Notes under the pieces: generated by a model
The model's database searches: none
Told to the model about the DNA's origin: nothing
What the model saw: only the letters and a program-made list of their open reading frames with translations
Assembly (NCBI GenBank): GCA_002269645.1
Contig: NIVC01001769.1
Span: forward strand, 1 to 64,000
Direction of reading: 5' to 3'
DNA from: Macrostomum lignano
Taxonomy: Eukaryota
Length of the DNA: 64,000 nt
Shown here: piece by piece, positions 54,645 through 64,000 of the stretch
How positions within the stretch are numbered: position 1 is the stretch's first letter
Layout of the letters: each line of letters begins with the position of its first letter
Program-made: the position numbers and the translations under genes

Positions 54645-56829
54645 ATGGCGTTGCAATATTTCATTTCAAGCAGTCTATCAAACCTACTTTGTTTAATTTC
54701 TATTGGATTCCTACTACCAATCAACACTATACGTAAGTGCCATGGCTTACTAATGCATGAATTGGGTTGTTGAAGCGCTATCACACATACGTACGCGTCG
54801 AGACTACCATCTTATTACGTCTGACACTTGACTTCTGGTTAGTTTTTGTGGCTCACTCTCGAATCCCAAGGTCCTGGTCACTGTACATCTTGTGTGAGCG
54901 CGTGCGAGTGCGTGCGAGTGCGTACAGTATTCACACCCTTTTTGCGCTCAGGAGTCAAAAATGGGCAGATTGCCTCACTGTTGGTTGTAAAACGATGTTT
55001 TGCGGCAAGCGAATGCAATTAATATTATTATTATTTGCACCTCGCTTATTGGGCGCCCCGAAGGGGGCACTAGATTGCTAGTCAAATATACTAAAACTTT
55101 AACTATACTATAAAAATACAATTATACCGCTGAAAACTTCTAATTTTTTTCAGACGCTCTCAATAATCTTAAGCTTCTCCGAAGTTTTGGCGATGGATAC
55201 AATGGGTAATGATTCTATTGCACGACTAGCCCCACTTTTAAATTTAAATTAAAGAACTTCTATATTCAACTTCAGCATAATAATGAGTATTTAATCAATT
55301 TTTCAGTGGAGTACGTGCCGAAGCAATTGACTTTCAGTTGGACTCGGTATACGTCCCCAATAGTTTAATGTACCTTTTTGGACAACGCAATGTCAGCCGC
55401 AGTGGCTTCTTCGATTTCCGAAGGGGCTTAGTAGTTGGCGACATCACTGTGTGCTTCGCTTCTCGAGCATCGGGAACGAGGACCTACGACAAGTTCGTCT
55501 GCCCGGAATCCGACGACGGCAGCAAAGCGAACTCCTATGCTGAATTGGTTGCCAGGCCGTCTGCGAAGTCCTACTGCTGCGGCCCTGGCGGCAGCCAGAG
55601 ATGCTGCACACATGACCAATACTCGTCCGGAGACAAACGCAAGCCGTCTCCGAAAGATTCGGACGAAAAGTCCGGCTTATCAAAATCCATGATAGCCATC
55701 ATCTGTGTCAGCTCAGTTACTGGCGTCGTTCTAATTGGCCTGGTGATATTCTGCATCTGCCATGGTTGCCGCAATAGGAAGCCGGTAAGTTGGTCAGAAA
55801 CATTTTGTTTTTAAAATAATCGTAGTTACAGCTTAGACATATACATGCGTCTGTTTTCTAGGTTGCATTTCGAAATTGTGTCGATCTTATTCTTAACCTG
55901 ATTTTATGCAACGCTTAAAAATAAATTCTATAAAAACAATTAACCTGCCCTGTGGCAACTCGGCCTACTTTGCAGACTCCTAAGCACATACAAGCTCGCC
56001 AAAACTGTATATCCGGTTACGAGCTCATGCACTGCGAGGTTCTCTCCCAGGGTGAACAGCAATCTGCCCTCTCTGTGCCTTGAGAGTTGACCCCCATGGA
56101 AGTGAATTGTATTAAATAATAATAATATTAAAAATAATTGATTACACCTGCCCAATGGGCAGATGTGCAACCGACAGCTCAGCCGCAGCTATTGAAGGCT
56201 GCGTACGGCTGTTCAGTCCAAGGACTGGGGGGTCACCACACACACTCTCAATTAACCCAGCTAATGCTGGTACCCATTTTATAGCTGGGTGAACTGAAGC
56301 AATGCAGAGTTAAGTGTCTTGCTCAGGGACACAAATTGTTGCAGTGGGATCGGAAATCGAACCCCCGACCTTCAAGTCGTGAGTCCGACTCTCTAACTCC
56401 CCTCCAAGTTTCAGGTGCACCAACCATACGACAAGGGGCGAGTTAAACTTTATAGAAGATTAGGACATTCATTGCACTTGATGTATACTAACTCGATAAT
56501 GCATATAATTTATCTGATCGGCAGGTAGGAGCCTATAAAAAATGAATCTTAAAACCATTTTTCAACATTTTTCGTCATACCAGCAAGCGCCGCGTTATGG
56601 CGGGCAACAGCAACAACCGGCAGGTCTTGGAGGAGGCTACGCTCAACCAATGCCGCCGCCGATGCGGCCGCCGATGCCGCCGCCGATGCGGCCGCCAATG
56701 CCGCCGCCGATGCCACTGCCGATGCCGCCGCCGATGCCGCTGGCACAGCCGATGCCTCTTCCCACGGCTCCGCCGCCGCCCCTAGCTCCGATGCCCCAGA
56801 GGTTCCCTCCGCCGATGTATCACCAATGA
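54645..56829 (+). CDS. S8: Shisa-like type I membrane protein with a Pro/Met-rich PPxY tail (287 aa); exons 54645-54732, 55154-55205, 55307-55784, 56584-56829
   Basis: Signal peptide ...LLCLISIGFLLPINTI, microexon ...GDGYNG, C-x15-C-x24-CC-x7-CC, TM MIAIICVSSVTGVVLIGLVIFC then ICHGC, tail ...FPPPMYHQ*. 864 nt in frame. Confidence 0.87.
56140..56405 (-). mobile_element. tRNA-derived SINE (family A) with a CORE/Meta-like central domain, in S8 intron 3
   Basis: Minus strand: tRNA-like head with GGTTCGATTTCC, then GTGTCCCTGAGCAAGACACTTAACTC...ATAAAATGGGTACC. Superfamily assignment is from recall. Confidence 0.7.
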
Positions 56830-57119
56830 ATGCGAGACACTCTCCAACGACCTGCATTGAACAAACTCCAATATCTCATTCCGACAATAACGAGCTTCAA
56901 TAAACTAACCATTTTTTGACTTGGATGATTCTCGGGAAAAAAGAGGGCAACCAATTTACTCAAATATAATTCTTGAATCTTTACTGCCTTTTTCTTTTAT
57001 TCAGGCCAATGGTTATTTTTGACTGACAAATCCTTGTTCTTGGACTTTCTGCACCCGCTACTTAGGTATCGGATATTTCAGTACACAACTTTGTTCCCTT
57101 AATAACTCACTAACTACTC

Positions 57120-58200
57120 GTACTAGCGTTTCGGCCGCAAGGTTTTACCCAGATCGGTCAGATCGTCCATCCGATGGGGTGGCTGAGATGTTTGTGCCGC
57201 GCCATATTGAAGTAAGGACAGGTGACGTGAAGTCTCCACGATCTCTTCTTCCATGTTACAGAAAAGACAGGTGGTTGGGCAACCAGAGACATGTATGTCT
57301 CTAGAATAATCCATGGCCGGTTAGGACTATTAACATCTCCCTGAGGTTGGTATTGCTAAGTGAGATCAGATAACCAGAAGCTTTCCTGTTCAGGTTAGAC
57401 ATTGCACAGCGGCTCTGTCTGTAGTTGTTGCAACTGTGCCAGTGGAGGTGGTGTTGCTGGTGGAGCCACCTGTTAACATGGCGGGTGACTTGTGACTCAG
57501 GCAAGAGTGGCCTCACTAGAAGGTTGTTAGCGTCTGGGTTGCTAAAGTTTTTGGGCGAGAATCCGAGAGGATACTGCTATTTCAAGATGATCTGCGGCAG
57601 CATTGAGATACAGTTTCATTGGAAATTTAGTTGAGGCTTTGATAGCGGCTTGGCCATTAGTGTAGCTACAAATATTTAAATTTCAGATGTTTTCCTGCAG
57701 CAGGTGCTGCTTCATTGCTGCTCCAATGTGCTCACTGACGCATATTTCGGCCTGGAAAACCGAGGTGTTCTCGTTCAGGTGCAGAATTTCCTGAAGAAGC
57801 GTTTTACCCACATGAAACATACTCGGCCGTTATACAGTGAGTCGTCATTGAAGCAGTGCATACCGTGGCTGCGCCAGTTCACACCGACATCCATCGGGGT
57901 GCCGTCTCGACTAGGGATGGCGGTCAGGAAGCTCCTCCTGATGTTGAGAAAGGGAGACTGTTATCCACAACGCTTGATGTGGACGTTGATAGGGTCGCGA
58001 CGGGAGAAATCCAAGTTGCTTGTTATTGGCTTTAATCCATATGCAGGATTAAAGTTTTCATTGGAGTGAAAACAGAGGATGTATTGTTCATCGTTTCATC
58101 GCAAGAAAAGTCAGGAACCAGCTTTCATGGTCTCCGCCCAAATAAACAAATGAAAAGGAGATGATTTTCAGATAGCGCCCAGCAGCGAAGATGCTGCGCT
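57120..58200 (-). mobile_element. Degenerate non-LTR retrotransposon 3' region (RNase H + Cys knuckle; R1/LOA/I-like)
   Basis: Minus-strand fragments [26 protein letters not shown] and CLFCNMEEE...H, with many stops. Confidence 0.65.
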
Positions 58201-60787
58201 GCAGCTGGTAGAGGCGCTGTTGTATAATGAATAAGTCAGCCAGTCTGCAAGCTTGTAGGCGAAACTCTCAAGCTCTCAAACTCACCGCGCTCTCACTTAT
58301 ATATCATATATTGTAATGTGATCGATAGCTAACAGGTGTACATCAAATGTACACTGATGTAACCACGCTCTGGTCGCGCATACGGCAGGGGAAATTTTTC
58401 AAAAGTACCTCCGATCTCTGTGCACCTCCTGAGTAGAGCCGTCGAGACTGGGCCAGGTCTTTGACCAGGCCTGCAGACTCCCGCTCTGCTGCACCCCCTG
58501 CTGCCTCGGCTCCGTCTCCCACTCCGCCACACATGCCTTTCCGGAGCCCCTGTCTCTCTCTGTTCCTCACCCGCTCCCCATCTCCTATGCACTCTACCCT
58601 ATTCATTATGTACCTTTCCCGATTCCCGTCTTTTTGTCTCTTTGTGCACTGTGCATGCGCTGTCCCCCCTTTTTCGGTGTCTACTTACAGTACTTTATGC
58701 GCTCACCGTCACCCCATCCCTTATTAAACTCCCAAACGGTGACGAAAGCCTCGTGACCCCTCCTTCCCCTCGATGACTCATCAATGACTCACCACCCCTC
58801 TTGCGCAACCTTTTATCATGCTATTAATCTCCTCCCCAATTTCTCATGCGACACCCACCTCGCCTCCGCTTCTATTGTTCTCGTTTTTGATTATTTTGTT
58901 CTCCTTTTCACACCTAATTATCACATTTTCCCGGATTTTCTCTTTCTTTTGTTCTCGTTTTCGCACCCAATTAGCACCTTTTCTCCAATGTTTACTTTTC
59001 TATTGTTCTCGATTCTCCCCAATTATCCCCGATCTTCATTTCCTTTTTTCTCGACCCAAGCCCCATTGTTCTCAATGTTTGCTTGCGCAACACTTTTGCG
59101 ACCTCCCGCCGCGCCAATTATCCTCCCACCCCACCTCCGGATTGCACAATTTTCCCATTTCTCATGTTGCTATGCCGTTCTCATGCTTCTCATCATGACT
59201 CATTCTGACGTCATTCTGCCGGCAGCCAATCAGAGAGAGGGAGTCATGGAAACGACCTTAGAGCGGCGGCTGGGAAGGCTATATAAGGAAACGGTTTTCG
59301 GCATGAGAATCCTCAAAGGTCTTCGTCTGGTCCCATCTTTGCACTTGCTGTCAGACGCTGCTCTGACCCATTCGTCTATAGGACGAACCTCTGCCGGTCC
59401 GCGGTCTGTTACCGCCAAGCCCTTTAGCTCCCCAAGTGAGCTCATCTGCCGGCCAGCGGTCTGTTACCGCCCAGCATCTTCAGCACCGCCTGAGCTACAT
59501 CAGCGCCCCGTCGCTTCAGCGCATCGCCGCTTCACAGTCTGCCTGTGTATAGCCAACAGCCGCCCATGGTCACTCCGTCGCTGTCTCTCTCTCTGTGCAG
59601 CTTCCGGTAAGTTTCTGTTACTAATTTGTGCTCTAATAGCCTTGCTTGTCCGGGGTTTGCCTATTTTCCATTGCTTAACTAGAGAGCTGAGCCAATAGTG
59701 ACAGCGTATTATTTGCTGTACATGTATTTATTCAATAGTGAAGCCGCCTAACTGCCTGATTATTTTCCTAAGGTCTAATTATTAACTACTAGTAAACTCC
59801 TCATTATTCACTCGTTCACCATCATTTCATTCATGGCTTGCTTCGCCTTTCTCCCGGGGTGGCGAAGCATAAGGAAGTTTGGGTAAGCTAATGGCCTCTC
59901 CCCGTGCAAAGCCCGCCTGTGTGCGCGTGCTGCGGGTCCGAGTGTGGGAGATTAGCCAGTCTTGGCACAGAATGGCGGTAGGAAGGTTGCAACCCCATGC
60001 TGATGCGTCCCTTCGCCCTGAGCAATCTAAACTAAAGACAGTACATGTTCGCCTCATACTACTCTTAGTAATCAAAGTCGCAAGTCAGCCTCGCTCACAG
60101 CCACAAAGGATCCCCTGCTGAGAAGTCCTCTAGATTGAGCCCAGAGTTCCCGATCATGCCCCAAGCAGAGTCCCTGTACTCGGATGCATGTGTCTCCCCT
60201 GTTAGCCTAAATCCCCTGGTAACCAATCCAGGCGGGGCTCTAGCCTCGAGAGGTCTGGTAGTAAGATTTAGGTGCGCCAGGTCACATAGAGTGGTGGCAG
60301 CCACTCGGTCATGCTGTGACCGAGTGACCAACTATTGCACCTTGGCTACAGGTGGGGTCCATGTGGGTCCTTGGCCCTCTGGTCACGAAAGCGCTACCAA
60401 AGCTATCAGTCTGGTGCTGGAGGTCCGTCAGGTAATTGCCCGGTCAAAGGCAGCCTACGGTCATTGCCCCCTCTGGTCATGCGTTCGTCTCCCAGCGGAG
60501 CGGACAGACGACAAGGGTGGTTATATCACACACAATTACGCACATGCATAGAGTACCAATACAAAGTTCACCTTCCCTTCCAATGAGCGGAATAACGAAA
60601 ACCGAAATCGTCGAAATATTGAACAAGGAATAAAAGTGCATGACTGAGCCTCGAAGGAATAAAAGCAGATCATCGCACAGAGTATTTCGCTGAGCATTAA
60701 ATCGCAATATTAATCTGAGAACAACTAATTTGGCTTCAAATACGCAGCGTTCGTGAGAATGTCAGTTAACAGTCACTAATAAATCAG

Positions 60788-63700
60788 TTAGTGCGTCACA
60801 ATTTCCTCGTACCACTGTGGAGGCGCTCGCGTCCTCGTGCTCACTCGAACCGCAGTCTGGGCTGTCTGCTGCGGCCGCGCTGGCTTTGCCGCCTCCGCCG
60901 CCGCCACTGCCGGAGTCGCAGCTGCGCTCGAAGCCGTCGCGGGCAGCGCTCCAGCAGGCCGCGGCACTCGAACGCAATTTTCGACGTGCCAGTGGGAGCC
61001 ATCCTTGAGGATGACGGTGGTGGCGCTCGCGATCAGGGAGATCTCACGAGGCTCGGACAGGCGGCTGCTTAGCTTGCCGCGGGTGAACGGCCGCTTCACC
61101 CGCAACCCAGTCGCCAACCATGAAAGTCGGCGGGAGTTTCCTGGTCGAGTTGAGCTGGTTTAAAACTCGCTGCTGTTTCCGCTTGATGCCGGCCGCTAGT
61201 CTGTGCCGCGCTGCCGTCCTTGGGGAGTGCTGATCTTCTGGCCTGTCATCAGCTCTGCCGGAAATTCCAGTCAATGCATGCGGGGTGGTCTGTACGACCA
61301 TAGCAGTGCCTTCACCGCGTCCTTGAAGCCGTAGCCCTCCTCCACGTGCGTCTTAAGGCCGTCCTTGAGAAACCGGTTGAAACGCTCCACCGCCGCGTTG
61401 CCCTGAGGGTGGTAGTGCGGCGACTGCCGATGCTGGATGCCACAGCGCCGGAGAAAATCCTCGAAATCACCGGACACGAACTGAGGGCCTCCATCTGTGT
61501 TGATACTCTTCGGCACCACGTTGTCAAGGCGTTGATGACATCAGCGCTTGTGATGGTTGACATGCAGGCAGCCTCCGGCCACTTTGAGTGCAAGTCGTAC
61601 AGCACCAGGATGAAGCGGCAGGAGTTCGGAGCCGAGTGCAGCTCCCCAAAGATGTCTAGCTGAAGCTCCTCCCATGGACGCGTCGGCCACTTCGTCGGGG
61701 TCAGAACCGTCTTGGATGGCTTGAAATTCTTCTCGCTTAGCAGACAGGCTTCGCAGTGCCGCACGAACTCCTCAATTTGCTGGTCGATTTGCGGCCACCA
61801 GACGGCGTCCCGACAGTGCTGCTTCATTCTGCTCACGCCGAGGTGCCCGAAGTGCGCCAGCTTTAGCGTCATCTCCCTCAGGGATGCGGGGATCACCGCT
61901 CGAGTGCCGTTGCCAGGCACTTGCCGTCATTCCAGGCCGTCAACTGCGTTCAGATCCTCCAGTACGGCTGCAGCTCCGGCCGCAGATGCTGATGGAGCTC
62001 GGCCACCCCTGGAGCGTCAGGGTTATCACTTCGCTTATTACCGGGTCCTGCAGGGATGCCTCGGCCAGCTCGCTTGCGCTGACAAACTCCAGCGCGCCCG
62101 ATAACAATACGGCATTCACCTGGTGCTCGTTCGGATCTTCAGCGCAATCTTCTCCGAAAGCGCCATGGCGTGACAAAAAGTCGGGCACGACGTTTTTCTT
62201 ACCGGGAACGTGGCACACTTGGAAGTCGTACGCGAGCAGGCGGTCGGCCTATCGGTGCAGCCGCAAAGGTCAGTGGCAGCCCTGAGCCGTCAGCAGCGTC
62301 GTCAGAGCCTGGTGGTCGGTGTACAGTTCGAATCTGCCGCCGAACAGGAAGTAGTGCCAACGCTCGCAGGCGAAGATGCATGCGAGCGCTTCTCTTTCTG
62401 ACGCGGAGTACTTGCACTTGGTCGCCGACAGAGTCCTCGACGCGAAAGCGACTGGCTTGCGAACGCTTGCATTAACACGGCACCCAGAGCGTGCGCAGAG
62501 CTGCCGCAGGCCACGATTATCTTGTCGTCGGGACAGAAGAATCGCAGGCACGTTGGAGACACTACCATCTTCTTAAGCCTCCACAAGGCCCTCTGACAGT
62601 CCGCTGTCCATTTCCAAGGCTGGTCCTTGCAAAGTAGCTGCAGCAGCGGCTAGGCGATGTCGGATAGGTTGTGTAGGAAGTTCGAGTAAACTTTACCATT
62701 CCGAGAAATGAGGCCACCGCCTTGGTGTTCTGAGGCTCTGGCACCGCTTCGATGGCTTCCACATTGGACTGCATCGGCTGAAGGCCTCTAGCCGAGACGA
62801 TGTAGCCCAGAAACTGCACGGACTCTGTAGCCTACTGGCACTTAGCGGTGTTGAGCGTAACGCCATGGGTGAGCAGTCGGTCCAGCACTGCCGTGAGCCG
62901 CCGCCGGTGTTCCGTCTCGTTGGCAGCGTGCACCACGGTATCATCAACGTAGTGCAGCGTCCCCAAACAGCCGTGGAGAATCTTACTAAGCACCTTCTGA
63001 AAGGCTGCTGGAGCGCTGTTAAGGCCGTAGCAGACGCGTTTGTACCGGTACAGGCCTTTCTCCGTGATGAAGGCTGTTAGGTCCCGCCGGTCTTCCGCCA
63101 GTTCCAGCTGCAAGTACGACGAGTTCAAATCGAGCTTAGTGAACTCGGTAGAGGTCTCGGTAGTTAACGGACAGCACTGCCTCGCCCATTACACCGATCG
63201 CCTCGCCGTTGTACGCGATGAGCTTCTTGGTCGATGGCTGCAGTGGCACCCGGTTTCCGAGCTTTCTGAAGGTCCTTTCCGACAGGATGGACACCTTGGC
63301 TCCCGAGTCCTCGAGCAGATTCAGCCAGGTGCCCTGCGCCTTCAGCCGGCAGCGGATGTCAGGGCTGGCAGCACCGCGCACTGTGTACACGGTGTGGTCG
63401 CTATCGTCCACGATCTCGGCGACTTTGGCTCCCTGCGACCGGCCCGACCGCAGACATGGCACATCTTGCCTTCAGCTGGACAGCGAGTCCGGCTGGTGTG
63501 TCCGCCTCCGCACTTCGAGCAGAGCTCGCGATCCGCTGATCGCTTCTGACCTCCGTTTTTCCTGTCGGGTTGCAGTCGGACTTTCTTCACCTCTTCTCCC
63601 AGCTGGGCTCTGGAAGCAGCTGCGCCTCCAATCTCGATCACGCTGGCCTCAGCGATGCTGGTCTCCCACTGCTGGCTCAGAGTCATGGCCTTCTGCAGGG

Positions 63701-64000
63701 TCAGACCGTCCTCAATCAGCAGGTGCTATCGAATTCGCCTGTCGCTGACCTTCTCCACGATCTGGTCCCGAATCATTTCTTCCATCATGTCGGGGAACTC
63801 ACATGAGCCAGCTAGAGCATACAGGGCCGCCACAAGTCCGCAATCTTTTCACCCGGACGTTGACTGCGCTGTGGAAACTTGTGGCGCTCGGCTACCACGT
63901 TGACTTTGACCCCGAACTGCTCGTCCAGAATCGCGATTTTCGCAGTGATTCCTGTTGGAACCGGAGTCCTCGTTGCCGCCACCGCGGTGAAGACTCACTG
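60788..64000 (-). mobile_element. Degenerate Ty3/gypsy gag-pol (frameshifted); 5' end beyond the window
   Basis: Domain order: gag knuckles (CSKCGGGH...CPAEGKMCHVC), PR (DSGA), RT (YGLNSAPAAFQ, YVDD), RNase H (EREAL, YTDHQAL), IN (HFGH...CEAC, TDGGPQF, GNAAVERFN). Confidence 0.95.

Noticed and set aside
55052-55082. GCCCC-GAA-GGGGC hairpin followed by CTAG|T, like a Helitron 3' end
   Set aside because: No matching 5' end was identified. Too short to support a call.
56340-56405. tRNA gene
   Set aside because: Only a truncated tRNA-like SINE head. No full cloverleaf. The same applies to 24571-24640.
58784-59698. 304-aa + strand ORF as an env-like or host gene
   Set aside because: Pyrimidine-rich low-complexity composition, no motifs, and no coherent signal or TM layout.
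50741-60810. Shared GTGCGTCACAA 11-mer (minus strand at ~50750, plus strand at 60791)
   Set aside because: Too short, and the flanks do not align. Likely chance.

Overview
This is eukaryotic (animal) genomic DNA, rich in repeats and transposons. The LINE family and satellites are reminiscent of a free-living flatworm such as Macrostomum, but that is an inference and was not checked. The main result is a cluster of small spliced genes that the ORF track misses. I assembled by hand six multi-exon models (S1, S4-S8), one TM-less 3-exon model (S3) and one orphan last exon (S2). They encode Shisa-like (C*C*CC*CC, 6-Cys) membrane proteins. All share a signal-peptide exon (phase 1), a 25-52 bp microexon ending in (Y/F)(K/N)G (phase 1 to 2) and a Cys-domain exon (phase 2 start). 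Except in S3 that exon also carries the TM helix and splices in phase 0 to a tail exon. The paralogs differ in architecture: Pro/Tyr-rich tails (S6-S8), a 2-TM form with a 48-bp VNTR glyco-stalk (S5, plus frameshifted copy S1), and a possibly secreted form (S3). S7 and S8 sit head-to-head 252 bp apart. Around the genes are: a Helitron Rep/PIF1 element followed by a 5.7-kb satellite, an ~8.8-kb segmental duplication (period ~23 kb), a 1.2-kb inverted duplicate carrying a tyrosine-recombinase remnant, an intact long-TIR DD34D mariner, Ty3/gypsy elements (one internally deleted with a TSD, one solo LTR, one degenerate gag-pol), RTE-like and RNase H LINE remnants, tRNA-derived SINEs, hAT MITEs and several satellites. 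No rRNA, true tRNA or CRISPR array was seen. All gene models are manual predictions from splice signals and frame consistency, without transcript support.
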